Below, piece by piece: positions 1 to 10,681 of a stretch of DNA of 64,000 bases. The position numbers and the translations under genes are program-made. The notes under the pieces were generated by a model. That model ran no database searches. It was not told the origin of the DNA and saw only the letters and a program-made list of their open reading frames with translations. Source of the DNA: Gemmatimonadota bacterium (GTDB taxonomy: Bacteria; Gemmatimonadota; Gemmatimonadetes; Gemmatimonadales; GWC2-71-9); contig QHVB01000026.1 of assembly GCA_003222195.1 (NCBI GenBank), forward strand, positions 71,662 through 135,661, in the 5' to 3' direction. Within the stretch, counting starts at the first letter, position 1; each line of letters begins with the position of its first letter.

Positions 1-1
1 C

Positions 2-1702
<1,701 letters not shown>

Positions 1703-1703
<1 letters not shown>

Positions 1704-2230
1704 TGGCCGGCCCGGGGGGAGCCATGCTGCAGGTTCGGGTAGCTCACCTCGGGCTGGATCGTACGACCAACACGCCGGTGGTCATCCTGCAGGAAAACGA
1801 GGGCCAGCGCGTGTTGCCGATCTGGATCGGGCCGGCGGAAGCCAGCGCCATCGCGATGGAGTTGGCGGGCGTCAAATTCTCGCGCCCGCTGACGCACGAC
1901 CTGCTCAAGCAGGTCATCGTCGGACTGGGCGCCGAGCTGCGCAAGGTGATCATCACGCAGGTGAAGGACAACACCTATTTCGCCGAGCTGCACATCTACC
2001 GCGGCGACACCGTCATTCAAATCGACGCCCGTCCCTCGGACTCGATCGCGCTCGCGCTCCGGCTCAAGGCGCCGATCCTGACGAGCGAGACGCTGCTCGA
2101 GTTGACCTCCATCGATACGAGTGAAGGCGCGATCCAGCCGGGCACCGGCAGCAGCCCGCTCGATGCCGACACGCTGAAGTCCTACCTCCAGAACCTCGAT
2201 CCTGAAGATTTCGGCAAGTTCACGCCGTAG
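1703..2230 (+). CDS. bifunctional nuclease family protein (DUF151/BFN-like)
   Basis: LPIWIGPAEASAIAMEL...RPLTHDL...ARPSDSIALALR pattern typical of DUF151. The start shares one nt (TGATG) with the ahcY stop; alternative ATG at 1724. Confidence 0.75.
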
Positions 2231-2249
2231 CGCCGCCCTGCTGCTGGGG

Positions 2250-3191
2250 GTGCTCTGCGGTGGTGCCCCGCTCGCCGGGCAATCGGTGAGCGTGAGCGGG
2301 CGCGTGCTCCGGGGCGGGGGGGGCCGCGACACCGTGCCCCTGGCGAATGTCGTCGTCGTGCTGCACCGCATGTCGAGCACGACTGCCGGGCCGATCGATT
2401 CGGTGCGCAGCGACGCCCGCGGCCGCTATCGCCTGGCCCTGCGGAAACCCGACAGCACGAGCGCGTACGTCGTCAGCGTGTGGTACGACAGCATCGCGTA
2501 CTTCTCGCTGCCCTTGAACATCGCCGGCCGCCCCGCGGTCCATGTGGAGGACGTCGTAGCGTTTCCGTCGAGCCCCACCGGGCCGCCCCTGCGCCTGGCG
2601 CGGCGGCTGGCAACGATCAGCGCCGCGACCAACGACGGCACGCGCGAGGTGCTGGAGATTCTCGAGCTAGACAATCCCGGACAGGCGACGCGGGTCACGA
2701 ACGACACGCTCGTCCCGACCTGGGCGGGTCGCCTGCCGGAGCGCACGGGGCAGTATCGGGCGGGGCAGGGCGATGTCTCGCCCGAAGCGATGCGCTTCCG
2801 ACATGACAGCGTCCTCATCTACGCTCCCATCCCGCCGGGCCTCGCCAAGCAGGTCAGCTACGATTACTCGCTCGCGGCGGGCGCGCCCGCGTTCGTGATG
2901 CCCATCGACCAACCGACCGTCGAAGTGAACCTGCTCGTCGAGGACACCGCCGCGACGGTGATCGCGCCCAAGCTCGAGTCGTTCGGCCTGAAGGAGATCG
3001 AAGGCCGGCGCTTCGCCGCGTATCGCACGGGTCCGCTGGCGGCGGGTGACCGCGTCGAGATCCGGCTGCCGTCGGCGAAATTCCGGGCGCAGGTGTTGCT
3101 GCCCTATGTCATCGGCGTGGTCGGTGCCGGTATGCTGGTCGCGCTCGTCTGGGCATTGCGCCGGAGACCACCAGCACCTAGACTGACCTAG
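2250..3191 (+). CDS. hypothetical exported or membrane-anchored protein with carboxypeptidase-regulatory-like N-terminal region
   Basis: High-GC3 ORF. The SVSGRVL...VVVVLHR...SDARGRYRL motif resembles the CarboxypepD_reg fold, and there is a C-terminal TM helix. The true start is probably upstream at a non-canonical codon (see findings). Confidence 0.5.
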   Translation: MLCGGAPLAGQSVSVSGRVLRGGGGRDTVPLANVVVVLHRMSSTTAGPIDSVRSDARGRYRLALRKPDSTSAYVVSVWYDSIAYFSLPLNIAGRPAVHVEDVVAFPSSPTGPPLRLARRLATISAATNDGTREVLEILELDNPGQATRVTNDTLVPTWAGRLPERTGQYRAGQGDVSPEAMRFRHDSVLIYAPIPPGLAKQVSYDYSLAAGAPAFVMPIDQPTVEVNLLVEDTAATVIAPKLESFGLKEIEGRRFAAYRTGPLAAGDRVEIRLPSAKFRAQVLLPYVIGVVGAGMLVALVWALRRRPPAPRLT

Positions 3192-3195
3192 TCGT

Positions 3196-3345
3196 CATTT
3201 CGCGAATGGGGATACGGAAGCCGGTGTGAGTCCGGCGCGGCCCCGCCACTGTAACGGGCAGTTTGTGAGCGGCTCAATGCCACTGGGGTAACCCGGGAAG
3301 GCGAGCCGGTTCGCCCGGAGCCAGGAGACGTCTTCATTCGCGCCA
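3196..3345 (+). promoter_or_regulatory. cobalamin (B12) riboswitch
   Basis: GGAAGCCGGTGTGAGTCCGGCGCGGCCCCGCCACTGTAACGGG ... GCCACTGGGGTAACCCGGGAAGGCG ... GCCAGGAGAC contains the conserved core and B12 box (GCCACTG). It lies directly upstream of the uptake operon. A TCCCTC/GAGGGA hairpin covers the SD before the ATG at 3370. Confidence 0.85.
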
Positions 3346-3369
3346 CCAGTCGGTTCCCTCGCGGGAGGG

Positions 3370-4185
3370 ATGGTGCTGCGAAGGCTCCTGTTTGTCGTTC
3401 TCGTAGTTTCTAGCTGCACGCCGTCCGGCCGTTCGGCCGCGGGGCCGTCGCAGCGAATCGTTTCACTTCTCCCATCCTTCACCGAGATCCTGTTCGACAT
3501 CGGCGCCGGCGATCGCGTCGTCGGGCGCACGCAATGGTGCGACTACCCGCCCGCCGCCCTCGCCGTGCCAAGTGTCGGGGAAGGGCTGCCTCCCAATATC
3601 GAGGCCGTGGCAGCACGGCGGCCGGACCTGGTGGTGCTGTACAATGCCGGCCCCAACGCGACGGCGGCCAAACAGCTCGAGCGCCTCGGCATCCGCACCG
3701 TGCTGATCGACTTGAATCGCCTGGAAGACCTTGGTCCGGCGGCGCGCACGCTTGGCAAACTGACGGGGCGCGAGCAGCAGGCGGAGTCGCTCGCCACCGC
3801 TATGGATGGTCTTGCGGCGCGACCGCCACCGTCTGCCACGACGTCGCTCGCCTTTGTCGTGTGGGATAACCCGCCCATCATCATCGGGCACGGCAGTTAT
3901 CTCGATCAGCTCGCTGCTCAGGCCGGCGCCCGCAACGTCTTCGGCGACATCACGGCGCCATCCGCGCAGGTCGCGCTCGAGACTATCGTCGCACGCGATC
4001 CGCAGTGGATTGCCGTGCTGTCCGACTCGGCGGCGCCGCCTGGCTTCGCGAAGCGGCGGGAGTGGCGCGCGGTGCGGGCAGTGCGCGAAGGACATTTCTT
4101 GTTCCTCAAGGGGTCCCTGTTCGGTCGTCCCGGACCCCGCTCTGATGAAGCAATCCGGCAGTTCAGGGCACTGCTCGCGCGATGA
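3370..4185 (+). CDS. ABC transporter substrate-binding lipoprotein, BtuF/FhuD-like (cobalamin or Fe-complex type)
   Basis: Signal peptide with lipobox (VVSSC), RIVSLLPSFTEIL first strand and DLVVL motifs. Sits under the B12 riboswitch. Confidence 0.8.
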   Translation: MVLRRLLFVVLVVSSCTPSGRSAAGPSQRIVSLLPSFTEILFDIGAGDRVVGRTQWCDYPPAALAVPSVGEGLPPNIEAVAARRPDLVVLYNAGPNATAAKQLERLGIRTVLIDLNRLEDLGPAARTLGKLTGREQQAESLATAMDGLAARPPPSATTSLAFVVWDNPPIIIGHGSYLDQLAAQAGARNVFGDITAPSAQVALETIVARDPQWIAVLSDSAAPPGFAKRREWRAVRAVREGHFLFLKGSLFGRPGPRSDEAIRQFRALLAR

Positions 4186-5123
4186 AATGGACGGTGCTCG
4201 GTTTGCTGGCCTTCGTCGCGCTGCTCGCGAGCGTAATGCTGGGTCCCGCGGCCGTTCCCCTCGCTCAGCTGGCGCATTCGGATATCGTCTGGAATCTGCG
4301 CGCCCCGCGCGCAGTGCTCGCCTTCCTTGTCGGTGGATCGCTGGGCGTGGCCGGCGCGGCGCTGCAGGCGCTCGTCCGCAACCCACTCGCCGATCCGTTT
4401 CTGCTCGGCCTGTCCGGCGGCGCTGGGCTCGGGGCTGTTCTGGCGATCGCGCTGCACGTGTCGGGCCCGTGGGCCCTGCCGATCGCGGCGTTTGCCGGTG
4501 CGTTGGCCGCACTCGGGCTGGTCTATCGCCTGGGACTGATCGGCGGCGCGGCCCTCGATCCTCGCATCCTGCTCTTGGGCGGCGTGGCGATCGGCGCGTT
4601 CGCCGCGGCGATCACGACGGCGATTGTCTCGCTCGCGAACGCCGCCGAGCTGCGCAACACGTTCTTGTGGCTCTGGGGCGGCCTCTCCGGTGCTTCGTGG
4701 GATGCCGTGTTGCTCGTCGCGCTGTACGCCCCGATTCCGCTGGCCGTGCTGCTCGCCGCCGCCCGTCCCCTCGACCTGCTCGCCTTGGGGGAGGAGCCGG
4801 CCCGCTATCTCGGCGCCGATGTCGAAGCGGTGAAACGGCGCGTCTATCTGGCGGCGTCGCTCCTGACCGCGGCGGCCGTCGCCGTCTCGGGGGTCATCGG
4901 ATTCGTGGGGCTGGTTGTGCCGCACATCGCGCGGCTCACCTGGGGCCACCGCCACCGGGCTTTGCTCCCCGCCGCCTTTCTCGGGGGCGGCGCGCTGCTG
5001 GCGTTTGCGGACACGCTCGCGCGAACCGTCGTCGCGCCCCGCGAGCTGCCCGTGGGCGTCGTGACGGCACTGATCGGCGTGCCGGTGTTCGCGTTCCTGC
5101 TGCGGCGCTGGACGATCGCGTGA
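4182..5123 (+). CDS. FecCD-family ABC permease (BtuC-like)
   Basis: Polytopic membrane protein with FecCD motifs (LVRNPLADPFLLGLSGGA, GVIGFVGLVVPH). ATGA overlap with the upstream gene. Confidence 0.9.
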   Translation: MKWTVLGLLAFVALLASVMLGPAAVPLAQLAHSDIVWNLRAPRAVLAFLVGGSLGVAGAALQALVRNPLADPFLLGLSGGAGLGAVLAIALHVSGPWALPIAAFAGALAALGLVYRLGLIGGAALDPRILLLGGVAIGAFAAAITTAIVSLANAAELRNTFLWLWGGLSGASWDAVLLVALYAPIPLAVLLAAARPLDLLALGEEPARYLGADVEAVKRRVYLAASLLTAAAVAVSGVIGFVGLVVPHIARLTWGHRHRALLPAAFLGGGALLAFADTLARTVVAPRELPVGVVTALIGVPVFAFLLRRWTIA

Positions 5124-5166
5124 AAACCGTGCGTCGTGCGTGGTGCGTCGTGCGTGGGGGCGCCTG

Positions 5167-5958
5167 ATGCTCCGGCTCGACGGGGTGAGTTATCGCTATC
5201 CTGGCGCATCGCGAGACGCGCTGACCGACGTGTCGCTGTCGGTCGGCTTGGGCGAATTCCACGCGGTGCTTGGCCCCAATGGGAGCGGCAAAACCACTCT
5301 CGTGAGAATTGCCTTGGGTGCGTTGCCGCCCCTCGTGGGATCTGCCGACATCGATCGTCGTCCTGCATCCATGTGGCCGCGACAGGATCTGGCCAAGCTC
5401 GTGGGCGTCGTCCCGCAGCGTGAGGATAACCTCTTTCCGCAGCGCGTCCGCGAAACAGTGCTCCTCGGCCGCTACCCGCATCTCTCGCTGTGGGGTCGTG
5501 AGCGCCCGGAGGACCACGCCGCGGTGGATCGCGCGCTCGCCGCCTGCGACGCTCGTCATCTCGCGGACCGCTGGGTCTGGACGCTGTCCGGTGGCGAGTA
5601 TCAGCGCGTGCGCGTAGCCCGTGCCCTCGCCCAGGAGCCCAAGCTGCTGGTCCTCGACGAGCCGGGCATATCGCTTGATCTCAAGCACGAGATGGAATTG
5701 TTCGAGCTGGTCCGCGGCCTCGTCGAGCGGCAGGGACTTGGCGTCCTGATGATCACGCACGACTTGAACCTCGCCGCGCGCTTCGCCGATTCGTTGCTGC
5801 TGTTGGAAGGTGGTCGTCCCATCGCCTCAGGCGCGCCGGCTGAGGTGCTGACACAACAGACAGTCGAGACCGTGTTTTCCTGGCCCGTCGCGATGCAGAC
5901 GATCGAAGGCCGCCCGCAGATGATCCCGCTCCGCAAACCGAAGGAGTCCCAGGCATGA
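5167..5958 (+). CDS. ABC transporter ATP-binding protein (BtuD/FecE-like)
   Basis: Walker A GPNGSGKTT, signature LSGGEYQR, Walker B LLVLDEP. The listed ORF starts at GTG 5140, but ATG 5167 (MLRLDGVSY) is the usual N-terminus. Confidence 0.9.
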   Translation: MLRLDGVSYRYPGASRDALTDVSLSVGLGEFHAVLGPNGSGKTTLVRIALGALPPLVGSADIDRRPASMWPRQDLAKLVGVVPQREDNLFPQRVRETVLLGRYPHLSLWGRERPEDHAAVDRALAACDARHLADRWVWTLSGGEYQRVRVARALAQEPKLLVLDEPGISLDLKHEMELFELVRGLVERQGLGVLMITHDLNLAARFADSLLLLEGGRPIASGAPAEVLTQQTVETVFSWPVAMQTIEGRPQMIPLRKPKESQA

Positions 5959-7847
5959 ACGTGACGTTGCTCGTCTTCGCGCTCGCCGTGCAGCAACCTC
6001 AGGACACCGTCGTCCTCAAGCCGGTGGTCGTCACCGCGACGCGGGTACCGGTCGCGGCCGAGCTCGTCGCATCGGCGGTGACGGTGCTTCGCGGCGCGGA
6101 CCTCGTCGCGCAGGGTGTGCGCACGGTGGCGGACGCGTTGGAGACGGTTCCGGGCGTGCACATCGCCGCGACCGGGAGCGTAGGTGGCCAAACGTCCCTC
6201 TTCATGCGCGGCGGCCAGAGCAACTACGTGAAGGTCCTGCTGGATGGGGTGCCGTTGAACCAGGCCGGCGGCGGGATCGATCTCGCGAATCTCACCACCG
6301 ACAACGTGGACCGCATCGAGATTGTGCGGGGACCCGCGAGCGTGCTGTACGGCTCCGACGCGATGACCGGCGTCGTCCAGATCTTCACACGCGTAGGCGC
6401 AGGGGGCACCGGTGCGCCGCGGATGGGCGCGGAGCTGCGCGCGGGGACGTACGGGTCGACGGATGGCGCAATCGAGCTCCTCGGTGGAACGCCTCGCGTC
6501 GGTTACGCGGCGCGCGTTTCGCGCTTTTCGTCGGACGGCCTGTATGCGTACAACAATCAATACCGCAATAGCGTGGTGAACGCGCGGGTGCAGCTTCGGC
6601 CAGATCCACGCACCGACATGAGTCTCGCGTATCGCTACGGCGACGATGTCTATCACTTTCCGACCGACGGCACGGGGACGCCTGTGGACTCGAATCAGCA
6701 CGCCGCCGAACGCGGGCCGTTGTTCAGCGTCAGTGCCCGCCGCGTTTTCGCGGCACACCTCGATGCACGAATCAGCGCGGGCCTCAAGGAGGCGCGCTTG
6801 TTGTACGACAACCCGCCGGACTCCGCCGGCGACGTGACGTTTTGGAGCCGCGACTGGGTACGACGTGCGACGACGAGCGCTTTGGTCAATTGGAATTCCG
6901 GAACCGGCACGTCACTCGCGTGGGGCATCGAGTACGAAGACGAGCGCCAGCGCGGCACGAGCCTGTTCAGCGCGTCTTATGGGACGTTCCCCGATTCCGT
7001 CAGGGTGCAACGAAACACCACCGGCTACTTCACGCAGGCGGTGATCGCGGCTGGCCGCGCCGCGCTGACACTCGGCGGACGGTTGGACGACAACTCCCAA
7101 TTCGGCACGCATGCCACCTATCGCGGAGGACTGGTCTACCGGCTGGCCGCCGGGGTCCGGCTGCGCGCCTCGGTCGGGACGGGATTCAAGGAGCCGACGT
7201 TCTACGAGAACTTCGCGCGCGGATTCGTGACCGGAAATCCCAGTCTCGATCCGGAGCGGTCCCGCAGCTGGGAGGCGGGAATCGAGCGGGGCGGCATCGC
7301 GGTGGCGTACTTCAACCAGCGCTTCCGGGATCTCATCGAGTACAACCCGGCGCCCCCGGCGGGCCAGCCCAACTACTTCAACGTGGACGGCGCCGTAGCC
7401 GACGGCATCGAGATCGAGGGGGCGGGGGCGTTTTCGCGGGCCGTCAGCGGATCGTTGCGCTATACCTATCTCCACACGCGCGTCGTGGAGTCGGGCGCGC
7501 CGGGCGATCCGGATGGCTTGTTCGTGCCTGGCAAGTCGCTCATCCGCCGTCCCGCACACACGCTGGCACCACAAATCGTCGCAGCCTGGAGCCATCGCGC
7601 CCGGGTGACGATCGGCGCGCTGTGGGTGGGGAGGCGCGACGACCTCGACTTCCGCCGTCCCGTTGGGCAACGGCGCGTCGTGGTGCAACCCTACACGCGC
7701 GTCAACGTCGCCGCGGAGTACGGACTCGGACGGGTGGTCCTGACCGGGAGCGCCGCCAACGTGTTCAATGACCAGCGGCAGGAGCTGCCCGGGTTTCGCG
7801 TCATGGGCCGGGTGCTATTCCTTGGGCTACGCCTTGCGGTTGATTAG
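5955..7847 (+). CDS. TonB-dependent receptor (BtuB-like)
   Basis: Plug domain motifs (VVVTATR, IEIVRGPASVLYGSDAMTGVVQIFT), beta-barrel repeats and a C-terminal aromatic-rich end. ATGA overlap with the ATPase gene. Confidence 0.9.
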   Translation: MNVTLLVFALAVQQPQDTVVLKPVVVTATRVPVAAELVASAVTVLRGADLVAQGVRTVADALETVPGVHIAATGSVGGQTSLFMRGGQSNYVKVLLDGVPLNQAGGGIDLANLTTDNVDRIEIVRGPASVLYGSDAMTGVVQIFTRVGAGGTGAPRMGAELRAGTYGSTDGAIELLGGTPRVGYAARVSRFSSDGLYAYNNQYRNSVVNARVQLRPDPRTDMSLAYRYGDDVYHFPTDGTGTPVDSNQHAAERGPLFSVSARRVFAAHLDARISAGLKEARLLYDNPPDSAGDVTFWSRDWVRRATTSALVNWNSGTGTSLAWGIEYEDERQRGTSLFSASYGTFPDSVRVQRNTTGYFTQAVIAAGRAALTLGGRLDDNSQFGTHATYRGGLVYRLAAGVRLRASVGTGFKEPTFYENFARGFVTGNPSLDPERSRSWEAGIERGGIAVAYFNQRFRDLIEYNPAPPAGQPNYFNVDGAVADGIEIEGAGAFSRAVSGSLRYTYLHTRVVESGAPGDPDGLFVPGKSLIRRPAHTLAPQIVAAWSHRARVTIGALWVGRRDDLDFRRPVGQRRVVVQPYTRVNVAAEYGLGRVVLTGSAANVFNDQRQELPGFRVMGRVLFLGLRLAVD

Positions 7848-7883
7848 CTTCCCACTCTTGTCCTTACCGGTGGGAGGGTGTTG

Positions 7884-9851
7884 ATGCGCCGCTTCGTTTT
7901 TGCAGGGCTGTTTTTCCTCATCGCGCGACCCGCGATGTCCCAGGCCCCGCACATCACACCCGCGGGCGATCCGTCTGTCCGGAACGACACGATCTATAAG
8001 CTGGCCGTCAATCCTGCCGACTACGCGGACGACGATTATGTCTATCTGTTGGACGACGGGGTGTTGCGGTTCGAGCCTGACGGCCGCGGCAGCCGCACCT
8101 ATCGGCAAGTCGTCCAGATTCTGAATCAGGACGGCGCGGAAGCGTGGGGCGAGCAGAGCTTCTCCTACTCGAGCGGCTCGGAGCGGCTCACGGTCAATTG
8201 GATCCGCGTCCTCAAGCCGAACGGCGACGTGATCAGCGCACAGCCGGCGCACGAGCAGGAATCGCTCGCGCCGGTGGCCTTCGATGCTCCGGTCTATTCG
8301 GATGAGAAGGTCCGGCGCGTGACGTTGAGCGGCGTCGCGCCGGGAACACTTGTCGATTGGAGCTATACCGTCGAGCGGGTGAAGCCGCTCGTGCCGGGTG
8401 ACTATTACAGCGGCTGGCGCGTGACCACGGGGCTGCTCACCCGGCGCTCGCGCCTGATTGTCGACGTGCCGTCATCGGTCACGCCCCGCATTCAGGAGCG
8501 CAACGTTCACTTCAAGCGGCTGGATGTGGAATCCCACGGTCGCCGCGTGTACACCTGGGCGACCAAGGACGTACAGAAGATTCAAGGCGAGCCATTTGCG
8601 GCCTCGCCCAACACCCTCTCGGTGCACATCGACGTGGCCGCGCCGATCAGCTGGGCCGATCTCGCCAAGTGGTACGCCGGCCTTTCGACGGGCCGCTACG
8701 CGCTGAATCCCGCGCTCGAGACGCAGCTCGCCGAGCACGTGAAGGACGCGCACACGCTGGAAGATTCATTGCGCGCGGTGCATCGGTGGGTGTCGCAGGA
8801 TTTCCGCTACGTGTCGCTGTCCCTCGGCATTGGCGGGTACCTGCCGCGGATGCCGGCTCAGGTGCTGGAAACGCGCTATGGTGACTGCAAGGACAAGGCG
8901 ACGCTGTTCATCGCGCTGGTGCGGCGGCTCGGCCTCAAGGCCTATCCGGTGCTGCTGAGCGCCAGCGGCAGCGCCGACTCGACGCTGCCGACCGTCCAGC
9001 AGTTCGATCATATGATCGCGGCGGTGGATCGTCCCGAGAAGAATGGCGGCCGCATCTACCTGGATCTCACCTCGGAGCTGACGCCGTACGGGGAGCTGCC
9101 ACCGGCCGAGGAGGGCTCGTTCGTGCTCGTCGTCCACGATGACGGCACATTCGAGGAAGTGACTCTTCCCGAGACCGCGCCCGCCGCGAACCGCTCCGAC
9201 ACGCACATTGTCGGGGAGCTCAGCGCCGACGGCCACTTCACCGGCCGGTACACCGAAACCAAGACTGGCGGCTTGCAGTACGGGCTGCGACGCGCTTACG
9301 CCCGGGTGTTCAGCAAAGACGAGCTTAGTCGTCTCACGCAGGCGCTCGCCAATGGCGTATTCTCCGGCGCATCGGGCGACAGCCTCACCCTGTTCGACGG
9401 CCGCGACCTCCGCGCAAAACCGCAGGTGACTCTGACCGTGCACGACGCCCCCGTGCTGTCGAGCGGCGGCGGCACGCGCATCTTCACCTTGCCCACGGCG
9501 CTGCCGAACTTCGGCTCGCTGGGGCTCGCCTCGCAGCTCGAACGGCGCAAGCCACGCCGCTTCCCGATCGATATCGGTGCGGTCATCGGTCCGATCGAGA
9601 GCGTTGCGGAGCTGCGGATGACTCTGCCGGCCGGGTGGAAGGCGGAGCTGCCGCCCAACGTTAGCGAATCGAGTCAATTCGGCAGCTACAGCGCCGAGTA
9701 CGCGCAGGAGGGTCGCGAGCTGCGGATCTCGCGCCGCATGTCGGGTCACCGCGGCACCGCGCCGCCCGAGGCGGTAGACGCCCTCATCACCTGGCTGCGG
9801 GCGATCTCCAAGGACGACGTCAAGTTCATCGTGCTCCAGCCACGCGAATAA
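7884..9851 (+). CDS. DUF3857 / transglutaminase-like domain protein, secreted
   Basis: Signal peptide, and a transglutaminase-like core RYGDCKDKATLFIALVRRLG...FDHMI (Cys-His). GGGAGG SD lies 7 nt before ATG 7884. Confidence 0.7.
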   Translation: MRRFVFAGLFFLIARPAMSQAPHITPAGDPSVRNDTIYKLAVNPADYADDDYVYLLDDGVLRFEPDGRGSRTYRQVVQILNQDGAEAWGEQSFSYSSGSERLTVNWIRVLKPNGDVISAQPAHEQESLAPVAFDAPVYSDEKVRRVTLSGVAPGTLVDWSYTVERVKPLVPGDYYSGWRVTTGLLTRRSRLIVDVPSSVTPRIQERNVHFKRLDVESHGRRVYTWATKDVQKIQGEPFAASPNTLSVHIDVAAPISWADLAKWYAGLSTGRYALNPALETQLAEHVKDAHTLEDSLRAVHRWVSQDFRYVSLSLGIGGYLPRMPAQVLETRYGDCKDKATLFIALVRRLGLKAYPVLLSASGSADSTLPTVQQFDHMIAAVDRPEKNGGRIYLDLTSELTPYGELPPAEEGSFVLVVHDDGTFEEVTLPETAPAANRSDTHIVGELSADGHFTGRYTETKTGGLQYGLRRAYARVFSKDELSRLTQALANGVFSGASGDSLTLFDGRDLRAKPQVTLTVHDAPVLSSGGGTRIFTLPTALPNFGSLGLASQLERRKPRRFPIDIGAVIGPIESVAELRMTLPAGWKAELPPNVSESSQFGSYSAEYAQEGRELRISRRMSGHRGTAPPEAVDALITWLRAISKDDVKFIVLQPRE

Positions 9852-9880
9852 TCTCACTCCTGCCGAGCGCGACCGAGATT

Positions 9881-10681
9881 GTGTACGCGCTCGGACTCGA
9901 GGACCGCCTCGTCGGGATTTCGCACAGCTGCGATTACCCCCCGAGCGTGAGCGATCGGCCGCGCCTCTCGCGACCTCGGTACAACATCGCCGGCCTGTCG
10001 AGCGGTGAGATCGATGCGGCGGTCCGTGCCGCGCTGCGCGACCACGGCAGCGTGTACGAGATCGACGTCGCCGCGATCAACGCGCTGAATCCGGATCTCG
10101 TGCTCACCCAGGGCATTTGTGATGTGTGTGCAGTGCCTGAGAGTCAGGTCATCGAAAGCTTTGGGGCGGGGATTCGTGTCTTGTCACTCGATGCCCACGA
10201 TATGGCCGCGATCTTCAGGAGCATTTGCGACGTCGGCCGTGCGACCGGTGTCGATGAACGAGCTGAGCGTTTGATCGCGAATTTGCGTCGGCGCATCGAT
10301 GCGGTTCGCGAGCAGGTCGAGGGGCGGCCTAGGCCGCGCGTCCTCGCGCTCGAATGGCTCGATCCCCCCTACGTACCGGGCCACTGGGTACCCGAGCTCA
10401 TCGGTATCGCCGGCGGCGATCTCGTCGCGGGAACGGCTCGGCGGCCGTCGTATCGGATGGAATGGTCGGACCTGCGCGCGCTCCAGCCCGACGTCGTCCT
10501 CATCATGCCGTGTGGGTTTAACCTGGCAGAGACCAGACGGGAAGCGGCGCGGTATGACGAGCCGCTGCGAATGTTGGGGGGCCGCCAGCAGCTCCTCGAC
10601 GCATCATCGTACTTCAGCCGCTCTGGTCCGCGAATTGTGGACGGACTGGAGATTCTGGCGTCGACTATATTCCCCTCGTGA
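9881..10681 (+). CDS. periplasmic-binding-protein (type 8, BtuF-like) family protein without signal peptide; start uncertain
   Basis: LVGISHSCDYPP, PDLVL and DPPYVPGHW motifs. The conserved first strand IISLLPSATEIV lies in-frame upstream of the first canonical start. The probable start is ATA 9848, overlapping the upstream TAA. Confidence 0.75.
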   Translation: MYALGLEDRLVGISHSCDYPPSVSDRPRLSRPRYNIAGLSSGEIDAAVRAALRDHGSVYEIDVAAINALNPDLVLTQGICDVCAVPESQVIESFGAGIRVLSLDAHDMAAIFRSICDVGRATGVDERAERLIANLRRRIDAVREQVEGRPRPRVLALEWLDPPYVPGHWVPELIGIAGGDLVAGTARRPSYRMEWSDLRALQPDVVLIMPCGFNLAETRREAARYDEPLRMLGGRQQLLDASSYFSRSGPRIVDGLEILASTIFPS

